Below the pieces are notes generated by a model that worked only from the letters and a program-made list of their open reading frames with translations, was not told the origin of the DNA and made no database searches. The translations under genes and the position numbers were made by a program. Positions 39,001 through 46,824 of a DNA stretch of 64,000 bases are shown here, in pieces; position 1 is the stretch's first letter, and every line of letters begins with the position of its first letter. The stretch is taken from assembly GCA_019323195.1 (NCBI GenBank), contig JAHWHQ010000036.1, forward strand, positions 2,952-66,951. Reading direction: 5' to 3'. Source of the stretch: Candidatus Woesearchaeota archaeon (GTDB lineage: Archaea > Nanobdellota > Nanobdellia > Woesearchaeales > JACPBV01).

Positions 39001-41892
39001 AGGGATGCCCCTCCTCTTACGATAAGCAGCCCTGCAGAAGGGCAGGTGTTCGGAGACAGCACCCTTATAGTATCTGGCGAGACAGAGCCTGATGCTTTAC
39101 TTTCTATCAACGGCTATTATTACAGCAAATCTGCCGTTTTAGATGACGGGTCATTCACTGTTAAGTATACTATGGCGCCAGGAGATAATGCCCTTCTTAT
39201 TACTGCTTTGGACAAGGCAGGCAATGTCGGATCTGAATTGTTAAATGCCTATTATGATGTTGTATCTCCTGAGATAACGGCTATCAAGCCGGATAAGAAT
39301 ATGAACAAGGCTCCTGTTGAGATCAGGGCAAATCTTAAGGACAGGTCGCAGATAACTAGGGTTGCTATATCTATATCTGATGATAATGGTTATTATTATA
39401 ATTATATCCTGCCTCATGATGAATTAGAATCAAGCCAGGAAAGCCTTTTATACCTATATTCCCCTCCAGAGGATGATACCTATACGATAACAATAACAGC
39501 TGAGGATGAATTCGGAAACAGGAACAGTAAGAGCAAAGAATTCCTTTTTGATACTGACATACCTTCAGAGCCGGCTTTTAACCTTAATGGGATGGTAATA
39601 AGCGATGATTCTCCGCAGCTCATATTCCAGTTCGAGGAAGAGGTCAACGAGCCTTCTTTGAGCATAAGCGCATCCCTTGAAAGCTCACCAGACCATAAAC
39701 AGTTCGTGTATTCAACAAGCGTGCTTACCGACGGGATATACCCTTTAGAGATAACGGCCTCTAAGACTGTAGGGAAAGGCTCGGAAGCAAGCTATTCTTT
39801 TGAGTTTACAGTCGATACAACCCCTCCTGTGATTACAATAGACGATTCTGTGCCTGACTTTGTTGGCCTTCCGCCCTTGGTTGATATAAGCGGTGACTGC
39901 TCTGACGCTAACCTGGAGGGAATAGGCTTATCTGTTGACGACGATTCAATATATGTCAACTGCGAGGATGGAAGATACCTGGCTGAGGGTGTTTCACTTG
40001 GATCAGATAAGGGTATTGATGATGGGGATAAGCAGATAATTGTCATGGCTTTGGACAAGGCAGGAAATACCAATTCTGCCTCTAAGGTGATAGAGCTGGA
40101 TACAGGATACCCTGATATTGAGATAACCGGAATAACCAATAATGATGATATAAAATTTGTTTCTGAGATTGATACTTATAAGACAAATGAGGAATCACTT
40201 ACTATCCTGGGGACATACCAGGACAGCAATTTTGATACGATAGTTGTAGAAGTCAACGGCATAGTGCTCGATTACCCCAGCCTTACGCTGGATGAGGCCT
40301 TAGGAACATTTGAGCTTGATCTAGAGCTGGATGGAGATGACGGAGAGGAGTTCGAGAATAATATAGTCCTGACAGCAAGGGACAGCTCAGGGCTGGAGGG
40401 CATGGCAGACATTACAATAATAAAGGACATGAAAGGGCCTTCTATAGCAGAGTTTGAGCCCGCTACCAGGGTTGTGGATAATCAAATGCCCTTAATAACT
40501 ATAACCACCAACGAGTATGCAAGTATGTGTACATTAACTTACATTACTGATGTAAACTTCTTAAAAACAGAGCCATTTAACATGGTGGAGGACAATACCA
40601 AGTTTTCTGTCCAGATACCTGTCAATCTTAAGGATATAACAGAAGCACAAAACCTGGACATAACCTGTCTTGACGCTTTTTCAAATGTGGGAAAAGAGAC
40701 CATCCCCCTGACAGTTGACCTTTTAGACCCTTCGATAGACAGTTTTGATCTTTTCTATACTATGAAGATACCATGGGAGACCACTTCTGACTACAAGAAA
40801 TATCTTATCAAGGGACTGAATTCTCTTGGAGGGACAGCAGCAAGCATAGCCCTGAACGTCAAGCCTAGCGAAGATGCAAGATGCGCCTATTCCGGCTCAG
40901 AGGCCGGCTATTTTAATAATCATGAATATGCCTCAGGCCTGATGCTCTCAGACAGCACACATACACTGGACGACGGAACAGAGTATACTTTTAACATAAT
41001 CTGCGAAGACAAGGCAGGAAGGCTGTCCGAGGTAAAGGTTATTGATGTATTGGTGGACAGCGACCACCCTGTCACTGCCCCTTCAATAGACCTGGACTCA
41101 CCTCCAGATTTGGAAGGGCATGTTTTCATTACAAGAAGCCCCACCTTTGAGGGCTCGATAATATCTTTAACACCCGGGACCGATATCACAAGAAGCCAGC
41201 TTATAATCAACGGGACAACCTATGACCTGGCCCTTGATGAGGACGGTATGTTTTCTCAGACTATAAATACGTTGCCTGCTGATGCTGTCTACCCCTTTGT
41301 GATCCAGGCCGATGTCTCGGAAGATGTGCCTTCTTCAGTAATCGAAGGGTGGATCAAAGTGGATACTACAGGGCCAGGCGGCTGCGGGACTGTTGCTGGC
41401 GTCACTTCCTGCACCGGTGAGCCAGCACAATCAACAACACCTGTTACAGGAATTATTTGCGGGGATGACCAATGTGACTACAGGGAGAACTGCGTAGAGG
41501 ACTGCATACTGAGGGTTGACCAATACAGCCTCTTAACCATGTCTTCATTAACCAGAAAGAACCTCATTGACATATACGGCTATCCAGAGACAGAACAGCT
41601 TCCTTTTATCCTGCATTCGGCCTATTATTATTATCCTGATGATACATACCTGCTTGTCGGGATCCATCTATTTGAGTCTTCCAAGGAATCGGCCGGCTTT
41701 TTAGCCGAAACCCTTGAGGAAGAAGGGGCAACATCATATAAGATAGGCACAAATACTGTTTATAGGACTTCAGACTCAATATTCTGGTTAAGCGACAATA
41801 AGATAATAATAATATGGACCTATTACGGATCCTCAGATTATCTTGACCTGGCTTCTGCTTATCTTGCGAGGTATCCAAGCACAACGGTCTAA
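33085..41892 (+). CDS. Giant secreted protein (2935 aa) made of about 25 tandem Ig-like (Big/cadherin-like) domains plus a C-terminal Cys cluster and globular domain
   Basis: Sec signal is MKKRYLALTSFLVLVSLVPFALS. Domain boundaries recur as VDTTAPNL, VDTSAPTIDIDD, VDRDAPPLTISSP, VDTTPPVITIDD and VDTTGPGG. An internal near-identical duplication lies at about 37141-37350. The start is directly adjacent to the upstream gene's stop. Confidence 0.85.
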   Translation: MKKRYLALTSFLVLVSLVPFALSYNWMKSSQGTDITNNPSPTPWVKYYPDNYRPLMGETYIKDKSTNHKIVLGSGFENPVDTYSSDATGSYVKWEYPFSANLPTGKYAFHTKAADLYSNEFEYDMDIIIETVPPTVKPYSNPTEGASGFIFEGNTQTDQIELGSDVTIKAKVEDKDNGVDIKDTVVTLVNVVVSGTAADGTPITPVTYEMEDGNNDGVYGLTIPSPTGGDYMASFTAYDSLSDTVSGTGNINDTVSVSFTVGDTIKPAKPVIWPLPQYTQKGDADNQLTVVGYIGEQGTVDAHVFQPGESILSFSTTAQDGAMPLENIALQEKYLAGGGYYEEDTEIYIPDYDAGKITSGDYLAFYNHQRTNFARYGVASKDNVPGDRTKVVLVQGLEKDVPVNPTSYISVADKPLPPGYFEIGLTLYHGQNKVQLLSYDAAGNFDDIEFSIISDSVKPKGRIISPYDEITNNDKTPVSLELDGTGSDIDPDSIVMDINGPCNMLDLAVGEDLAFEGEIATFEITGKNYCKGKDQYLNGDYTVTLSATDMAGNENTSIEFGFKVDTSASSGPELTIINGNSLELEGTLYTSETMPEIKASFPKDTQVNSYSLKDKTSGTEHQLEYTKLDDKHFTFEVLFPALAEGSYVFEINAKEDRPGAVSTSFSFDIIVDTTAPNLENIIVPSTVEYGSEDVVKLKATDPVGVDSVRIKIGDSYYSLDRYENGLFNISTEDFLPHEPPFTYAILFEAKDLLGNEQLTDHGEIEFTDSTPPEVTVLEPETGYTNKAPNTIKIGTDDPSYCRFSWRGDFLESFVYDFSSSDKLTHSYDIDISTHDDEWDQDPPNTFNYYVECSNIFDLSTGILKMQIIVDTDSLNIISADSAKLSYYSDNSENTITVKTNKPARCRYSDNTDEDYENMDNSMGEEFVTENSVTEEFDNGDHQLFIDCRDKAGNTADNPTSVSFTVDVDEDVSILSSGPGGVLNDNTPTLWAKLNKDAECTFEEMQPTSHTTIREGGRIYYLYYHDVASQLDEGLHEYKVRCFNVKAVYDDISFTLDTEPPEKPEITSPADDSLAGDSLTVTGTTDDDARKVFFYVDNAYLGYADVDGQGFAKTLDLSGFDDGDLVIMVNAEDEFRQNGRSGEDSVTVVKDTVSEQPRLDELPQYTNSGFAEVLGSAEPGSTVYFYRFYLPGQEGDSVATTTATSDVDGPFSSSLSLNEGSNYIYARATDTMGNPLSESSNEVFMIYDAQSPSFTGMSPADGDTGVYGEKLIISVLVSDNYEINEDSVSFLIDNNEAVYEKAHEQGGIRLTVEADLDDGQHTAYVSAEDASGILGYAEWSFDTFIPVSCLSWACDKEADRWCDNGAWNTADYCTYCGIEDSDCESEVTCAADECDTSANEWCDSGVWNTADYCIHCGMEDYQCGALPPNLIGFSINGDAAEQGDYADNLEIEAGFEYGREAVLEDIQLDDQTIANWQDIYETEDNIRFYYDLGSLQEGGPYKLTIRASNEGFAQSTDSLLFYVDTSAPTIDIDDSIDTLVSSPYVPIYGTYAEPNLRHIKLNNILLDKADIGIGSFSRNLNLPVDAVTDVQAVIEDKAGNTGQDSISIEVRTGELLLEIEELPAITKEDSFTLEGTTMPDIDVEIDVNGDEILTLNSDSNGDFSQQLDMDNGLHDGNNMIIVTAEDGAGRTASVKKYVHIDREGPAIISRNPDAGEQGDFSRITLTLEDISGIAEDSVVLKLDGETVQHNFNALIGSLSYGISSLEKGSHTLEISSEDNLGNSMSSSWDFTINRGAPLIVMVSPATDFVDELQPVFELEIDNYDSVEQPTLVDSDENAVDLILLSKDPFRYMSAALLDDGQTYKFWIKAAKEGNVAELNKYITVDTTLPEIRIDRKALPDATGKEIVDVEGTFAEDNLEIITVNGIEVSPLDMARGRFIVRDVPLGETTTEISAVIRDKAGNEGSDTTYVEVDRDAPPLTISSPAEGQVFGDSTLIVSGETEPDALLSINGYYYSKSAVLDDGSFTVKYTMAPGDNALLITALDKAGNVGSELLNAYYDVVSPEITAIKPDKNMNKAPVEIRANLKDRSQITRVAISISDDNGYYYNYILPHDELESSQESLLYLYSPPEDDTYTITITAEDEFGNRNSKSKEFLFDTDIPSEPAFNLNGMVISDDSPQLIFQFEEEVNEPSLSISASLESSPDHKQFVYSTSVLTDGIYPLEITASKTVGKGSEASYSFEFTVDTTPPVITIDDSVPDFVGLPPLVDISGDCSDANLEGIGLSVDDDSIYVNCEDGRYLAEGVSLGSDKGIDDGDKQIIVMALDKAGNTNSASKVIELDTGYPDIEITGITNNDDIKFVSEIDTYKTNEESLTILGTYQDSNFDTIVVEVNGIVLDYPSLTLDEALGTFELDLELDGDDGEEFENNIVLTARDSSGLEGMADITIIKDMKGPSIAEFEPATRVVDNQMPLITITTNEYASMCTLTYITDVNFLKTEPFNMVEDNTKFSVQIPVNLKDITEAQNLDITCLDAFSNVGKETIPLTVDLLDPSIDSFDLFYTMKIPWETTSDYKKYLIKGLNSLGGTAASIALNVKPSEDARCAYSGSEAGYFNNHEYASGLMLSDSTHTLDDGTEYTFNIICEDKAGRLSEVKVIDVLVDSDHPVTAPSIDLDSPPDLEGHVFITRSPTFEGSIISLTPGTDITRSQLIINGTTYDLALDEDGMFSQTINTLPADAVYPFVIQADVSEDVPSSVIEGWIKVDTTGPGGCGTVAGVTSCTGEPAQSTTPVTGIICGDDQCDYRENCVEDCILRVDQYSLLTMSSLTRKNLIDIYGYPETEQLPFILHSAYYYYPDDTYLLVGIHLFESSKESAGFLAETLEEEGATSYKIGTNTVYRTSDSIFWLSDNKIIIIWTYYGSSDYLDLASAYLARYPSTTV

Positions 41893-41901
41893 AACCATAA
41901 A

Positions 41902-44697
41902 ATGAAAAAGGCAATAATCGCAGTGGTCTTGTTTTTACTTGTCTTGTCCATAGCCTATTCCCTGGTTGACCTCAGGCCGGATATTGAGATAACGTTTAGC
42001 GAACTGGTCGAAGAGTCTACGATCAACATCAACCTTACTAACCAGTCAGGGGTCCTTTTCGACCTGGACTTAATAACTTCAGACAACCCTACTTTCGTGT
42101 ATAAGCCGGCAGAAGACCTGAAGGAGGGGTTTTATACTGTAAGGGCCCAGGCAGAGGACCTGTTTGGAATACTAGGGGAGGTTATTGAGGTTAGCTTTTT
42201 GCTGCAGATATCCCCCCTGGATGTAAACATCACAAAACCAAGGTTAGGGGTCACCCCTACCCATGTACTTAACCTTACACTGAAGACAGACAGGGATGCG
42301 GTCTGCAACTACAGTTTTATAGGCTTTGAGGAGCTTTATGAGTTCGATTCTACCGGATCACTTGAGCATGACAAAGAGGAGATCTCCATAGCTGACACTA
42401 CTTACCTTTATATACAGTGCCTTGACGGGTATGGCAAGGTCTACCAGGAGATAAAGCAGCTTTTCCTTGACTTAAATAACCCTTCCATAAGCGTATATGC
42501 AGAGGATGTTACCGAGCCACCGCTTGAGACAACACTTAATGTCAATTCCAATGAGGAGGTGATATGCAGGTTTGACAACGACTCTACGGTTTTTGGGGGG
42601 ATGCAGGAGTTTGACAATTATGATGAGATGGATGAGGATGCTTATGAGCTTAACCCGCAGCAGGTCTTGGACGGGGAACACCTTACTGACGGAAAGCCAC
42701 ATACCTTTTTTGTAATGTGCAGGGATAAGGCCGGGAGGCTGTCCAATGCGGCATCTGCAACCTTTAACGTGGATACTGAACAGCCCGCAGCTGTAACCAT
42801 ACATTACCCTACAGGGCAGCTGTCATCTTCTCTCTTATGGTTCAATGTAAGCACCAATAAAGTCGCTGACTACTGCCAGTACACCAACAGGTCTGATAAG
42901 ACGGGATATATCACGTTCAGCGTCCAGGGAAAGACGCACATAAGCTCAGGGCTGGACCTGCTCCATGACGGGGCATATACCTATCATGTCCGGTGCAGGT
43001 TCCATGATGAATCAATAGGGACATGGTATGTCGAGGCAAGCACCAATTGTGTCATTGACAACACGAAACCACAACTGCCTTATGTCAATATGGACCCTCC
43101 GGCTGCCCTTAAAGACCTCAATATAACAGACAGGACCTATAAGGACTACCAGTTATGCGGGGAATGGGAGGGGGAGGACAACCAGAGCTCTATCTCCCAA
43201 TACGCCTATTATGCCTATTGGGACAGGAGCACGGACATAATGATAGGCAAGGACGTGACATCAGGCACTAGCGACTGCATAGACCTTGACCTTAACGATT
43301 CAGAAAAATATTACTTTAAGGTAAGTGCGCGGAATTCCGTAGGGCTATGGAGCGACAATATGAGCAGCTCACCTATCACGGTTGATGTAAGCCTTACACC
43401 CAAGGGCTGTGATAATGGCCTCAAGGATGGGGATGAGACAGACGAGGACTGCGGAGGAAGCTGCGACAGCTGCTCGAACGGGATGAACTGCATCATCAAT
43501 TCCGACTGCGACAGCAGGTACTGCAATTCAAGCAATAAGTGCGCAAAGCCAAGATGCGATGACGGGATAAGGAACGGTGCAGAAACCAGCACCGACTGCG
43601 GGGGAAACTGCGACAAATGCAGCGTTGGCAAAACATGCAACGAGAATAGGGACTGCAAAAGCAACAACTGCGATAAAAGCACAGGCAAATGCGAGGAGAT
43701 GCTGGACAAGTGCGAGAATAATGAGCTGGATCCAGGAGAGACGGACGAGGACTGCGGAGGGGACTGCCCTGCCTGCGGGATAGGAAAGAGCTGCGATTTT
43801 GATTCTGACTGCATAGAAGGGGCAAAATGCGAGGAAGGGGCCTGCTTACTTGACTCTGACGGGGACGGGATAGTGGACAGCAAGGATAACTGCCCGGACC
43901 TTGCTAATGAGGAGCAGGCGGATGTTGACGGAGATGACCTTGGGGATATGTGCGACCCTGACTCTGACAATGACGAGCTTCCTGACTCTTTTGAGCAGCA
44001 GTATTTTGAGTGCGTCACGTGCGCAAACCCTAACGATGATCCTGATAAGGACGGGCTTATGAATAAGGAGGAATATACCTATAATACAAACCCCATGAGG
44101 AAGGATACGGATGAGGACGGCTATGCTGACAGGGAGGAGATTGACAAAGGGACAGACCCCCTTGACCCACGCTCCCATCCTGGGGGAGGATTCCTTAAAT
44201 CTATGGTGATACTCTCTATCGTTGCTGCTCTTGGTGGAGGGGGGTATTTTGCATATACGAAGCTTGTCGTTAAGGGGAAGCCTTTCATACCTCCAAGGGC
44301 GCCTGCTGCAAGGGGTGCTGTAAGGAAGGAGATCAGAAGGCCGGTTGCACTAAAAGGCCCGGTCCCAAAGCCACCCCTAAAGCCGGAACAGCCCCCTTTG
44401 AAACGCCCGATGCCAAGGGCCCCAATGAAGAAGCCCGTAGCACCTGCAACGATGAAAACTGTCAGGCCTGCACCTATGCTTAAAAAACCCGCAATAGGCA
44501 GGGATCTTGGAGCAGAACCGAAGATAAGGAACAAAGTAAAGGCAAAAGAGGAGGGGAATATCTTCAGCAGGCTGTCTGAGATAGCGGAAAAGGATAAGGT
44601 TAAGCAGATTGAGAAGAAGATGGAATTTTCACACCTGAGCGATAAGGAGCTTAATGACAGGATCAGGAACCTGAAGAAGGAGCTGAAGGTAAAGTAA
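41902..44697 (+). CDS. Surface protein (931 aa) with Ig-like domains, three Cys repeats, thrombospondin-type-3-like Ca-binding repeats, a C-terminal TM anchor and a Pro/Lys-rich cytoplasmic tail
   Basis: Signal is MKKAIIAVVLFLLVLSIAYS. There are three repeats of about 48 aa of form DxDCGGxCxxC...C...C. The TSP3-like region is DSDGDGIVDSKDNCPD...DVDGDDLGDMCDPDSDNDELPD...DPDKDGLMN...DTDEDGYADREEIDKGTDPLDPRS. The TM helix is FLKSMVILSIVAALGGGGYFAY. The tail is PPRAPAARG...PVPKPPLKPEQPPLKRPMPRAP... and ends in a coiled-coil-like segment. Confidence 0.8.
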   Translation: MKKAIIAVVLFLLVLSIAYSLVDLRPDIEITFSELVEESTININLTNQSGVLFDLDLITSDNPTFVYKPAEDLKEGFYTVRAQAEDLFGILGEVIEVSFLLQISPLDVNITKPRLGVTPTHVLNLTLKTDRDAVCNYSFIGFEELYEFDSTGSLEHDKEEISIADTTYLYIQCLDGYGKVYQEIKQLFLDLNNPSISVYAEDVTEPPLETTLNVNSNEEVICRFDNDSTVFGGMQEFDNYDEMDEDAYELNPQQVLDGEHLTDGKPHTFFVMCRDKAGRLSNAASATFNVDTEQPAAVTIHYPTGQLSSSLLWFNVSTNKVADYCQYTNRSDKTGYITFSVQGKTHISSGLDLLHDGAYTYHVRCRFHDESIGTWYVEASTNCVIDNTKPQLPYVNMDPPAALKDLNITDRTYKDYQLCGEWEGEDNQSSISQYAYYAYWDRSTDIMIGKDVTSGTSDCIDLDLNDSEKYYFKVSARNSVGLWSDNMSSSPITVDVSLTPKGCDNGLKDGDETDEDCGGSCDSCSNGMNCIINSDCDSRYCNSSNKCAKPRCDDGIRNGAETSTDCGGNCDKCSVGKTCNENRDCKSNNCDKSTGKCEEMLDKCENNELDPGETDEDCGGDCPACGIGKSCDFDSDCIEGAKCEEGACLLDSDGDGIVDSKDNCPDLANEEQADVDGDDLGDMCDPDSDNDELPDSFEQQYFECVTCANPNDDPDKDGLMNKEEYTYNTNPMRKDTDEDGYADREEIDKGTDPLDPRSHPGGGFLKSMVILSIVAALGGGGYFAYTKLVVKGKPFIPPRAPAARGAVRKEIRRPVALKGPVPKPPLKPEQPPLKRPMPRAPMKKPVAPATMKTVRPAPMLKKPAIGRDLGAEPKIRNKVKAKEEGNIFSRLSEIAEKDKVKQIEKKMEFSHLSDKELNDRIRNLKKELKVK

Positions 44698-44698
44698 A

Positions 44699-45193
44699 AT
44701 GATGGCTAAGAAAGGACAGATACCAGGCCAGATATTTATCTACCTCATCGCTCTTATCTTGTTTTCACTTATCCTGCTCTACGGCTATAACTCAATAAGG
44801 GGGTTCAAGGAAAAGTCCGAGCAGGTGTCCTATATCAAGTTTAAGACAGACCTTACCTCAATGGTGAAAAGGGTTTCGCCGGATTATAACACGCTGAAGA
44901 GGGAGAAGCTCTTTATAGGAGGGGATTATACAGAGGTCTGTTTTGTGCAGAGCTATAAGAAGGAGGATAATTTTGATTTTATAAGGACCCATATAGGAAA
45001 TCTCATAATACAGGACAGTTTTGAGAGCAGGGTGGACAAGAACGTGTTTTTGTTCAAGAAAGGGATTGCGGAGTCCTTTGATGTAGGAAATATAAATGTT
45101 ACTGGCGGTTCTGTCTGCATACCGGTAATAAGCGGCAAGGCAAGGATAGAGTTTAAGGGCATGGGGGACCATGTTTTTATATCTGGCTGGTGA
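44699..45193 (+). CDS. Archaeal type-IV-pilin-like protein (class III signal peptide), 164 aa
   Basis: The N-terminus is MMAKKG|QIPGQIFIYLIALILFSLILLYG, i.e. basic residues, Gly, Gln at +1, then a hydrophobic helix. This is the classical prepilin-peptidase substrate layout. It starts 1 nt after the upstream stop. Confidence 0.6.
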   Translation: MMAKKGQIPGQIFIYLIALILFSLILLYGYNSIRGFKEKSEQVSYIKFKTDLTSMVKRVSPDYNTLKREKLFIGGDYTEVCFVQSYKKEDNFDFIRTHIGNLIIQDSFESRVDKNVFLFKKGIAESFDVGNINVTGGSVCIPVISGKARIEFKGMGDHVFISGW

Positions 45194-45274
45194 ATATTTT
45201 TCTGAGGAAGGCATATTCTTTTTTAGAGCAAAAAATTTATAACCTGTATCCTATTACATGATTAACGTCATAAA

Positions 45275-45790
45275 ATGCAGGCGCATATTTCTGCCTGTGT
45301 ATCTTGGGTGAGAAACATCAACTGCGAGATGTGCGGAAGGGAATCAATGCTTTTCAGGGCAGATGTAGAAGGAACGATGCTTAACCTGTGCGAAAACTGC
45401 TCCAGGTTCGGGAAGGTCATATCTGCTGTGAGGGAAGTGCCTAAGGAAAAAAAGAGGGTTAGGGCAAGGCATGAGGCATACAGCCCAGGGAAGCCAAGGG
45501 CGGAGGAGTTTGTCTTAACTGTCATCCCTGATTACGGGGATGTAATAAAGAGAAAAAGGGAGCAATCAGGCATGAAACAGGAGGATTTTGCCAAGAAAAT
45601 AAATGAGAAGGCATCCTTGCTCCATAAGATAGAAACAGGGCAGTTTGAGCCTTCTTTCGGCCTGGCAAGAAAGATAGAGAGGGCTTTGCATATAAGGCTG
45701 ATAGAGCAGAAAGAGGTCAGGCCAGGGGAAGTGAGGAAAACAAAAGAGGATCATTTTACCATCGGAGATTTTATCAAGGTCAAAAAATGA
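45275..45790 (+). CDS. aMBF1-type transcription factor (N-terminal Zn ribbon plus C-terminal XRE-family HTH)
   Basis: The Zn ribbon is CEMCGRE...CENC. The HTH_3 region is KRKREQSGMKQEDFAKKINEKASLLHKIETGQFEPSFGLARKIERALHIRL. The architecture matches archaeal MBF1 (TIGR00270-like). The true start may be internal (MCGRES...). Confidence 0.75.
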   Translation: MQAHISACVSWVRNINCEMCGRESMLFRADVEGTMLNLCENCSRFGKVISAVREVPKEKKRVRARHEAYSPGKPRAEEFVLTVIPDYGDVIKRKREQSGMKQEDFAKKINEKASLLHKIETGQFEPSFGLARKIERALHIRLIEQKEVRPGEVRKTKEDHFTIGDFIKVKK

Positions 45791-46824
45791 ATATTCTAGT
45801 AACGGGGGGGAAGGGCTTTATAGGGAGCCATATCGCAGAGTTTTTTGCCGGGAAGGGAAATAACATAACAGTGGTGGATAATTCTTCAAGGATGAGGATG
45901 CTTGGGGGCTTTGCAAGGTATGACTTTAATGAAAGATACCTTCAGAGCCTTAAGAATGTAAGGGTAGCAGAAGGGGATGTGGCGGATTCCGCATTAATGG
46001 ACAGGCTTTCACAGGGTGTTGATGCAGTCTTCCATACGGCTGCCCAGGTGACTGTTACAAAGTCTATATCAGACCCTTTCTCGGACTTTAATGCAAATGC
46101 AGCAGGAACCTTTAATGTTCTGGAAGCAGCCAGAAAGAATGATGTTAAGACAGTGGTCTACTGCTCAACAAACAAGGTTTACGGTGAGAATGTTAACAAG
46201 GCAGGGCTTGTAGAAGGGGAAAATAGGTACGGCTTTGACTCTGAATTCAAGGACGGCATACCTGAGAGCTTTTCAACTGACCTATGCAGCCATACGCCTT
46301 ACGGCTCGTCAAAATTATGCGGCGACATATACTGCCAGGATTATGCCAAGCTTTACGGGCTTAAGACAGGGGTTTTCAGGATGTCATGCATATACGGGCC
46401 TAGGCAGCTTGGGATGGCTGACCAGGGATGGGTCGCTTGGTTTATAATAGCAACACTGCTAGGAAAGGAGATAACCATACACGGAGACGGAAAGCAGATA
46501 AGGGATGTTCTCTATATATCTGACCTGCTGGAGCTGTTTGACAGGTTCCTTAAGAGCCAGATCAAGAGGGGGGTCTTTAATATAGGGGGCGGGAAGGAGA
46601 ACTGCCTTTCTTTGCTTGAGCTGCTTGGGCTGCTGCAGGGGCTTACAGGAAAAAGAAGCAGGGTTGATTACACCGGCTGGAGGGCCTCTGACCAGAGGGT
46701 TTACATATCTGATATATCAAAGGCAAGAAATGAACTTGGATGGAGCCCTAAGGTCAATCCGGCAGAAGGCGTTAGGAAAGTGGTTGGCTGGGCAAGGGAT
46801 AATCTTGACCTATTTGCCAGGTAA
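45787..46824 (+). CDS. NAD-dependent epimerase/dehydratase (extended SDR)
   Basis: It has the Rossmann motif ILVTGGKGFIGSHI and the catalytic motif YGSSKLCGD (YxxxK) in a 345-aa protein. The size fits the UDP-sugar 4-epimerase / 4,6-dehydratase class. Confidence 0.85.
   Translation: MNILVTGGKGFIGSHIAEFFAGKGNNITVVDNSSRMRMLGGFARYDFNERYLQSLKNVRVAEGDVADSALMDRLSQGVDAVFHTAAQVTVTKSISDPFSDFNANAAGTFNVLEAARKNDVKTVVYCSTNKVYGENVNKAGLVEGENRYGFDSEFKDGIPESFSTDLCSHTPYGSSKLCGDIYCQDYAKLYGLKTGVFRMSCIYGPRQLGMADQGWVAWFIIATLLGKEITIHGDGKQIRDVLYISDLLELFDRFLKSQIKRGVFNIGGGKENCLSLLELLGLLQGLTGKRSRVDYTGWRASDQRVYISDISKARNELGWSPKVNPAEGVRKVVGWARDNLDLFAR

Noticed and set aside
44140-44290. PGF-CTERM archaeosortase sorting signal in the 931-aa protein (PGGGF followed by a TM helix)
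   Set aside because: A genuine PGF-CTERM lies at the extreme C-terminus with only a short basic tail. Here the TM helix is followed by about 160 further residues, so it is more likely a conventional type-I anchor with a cytoplasmic domain.
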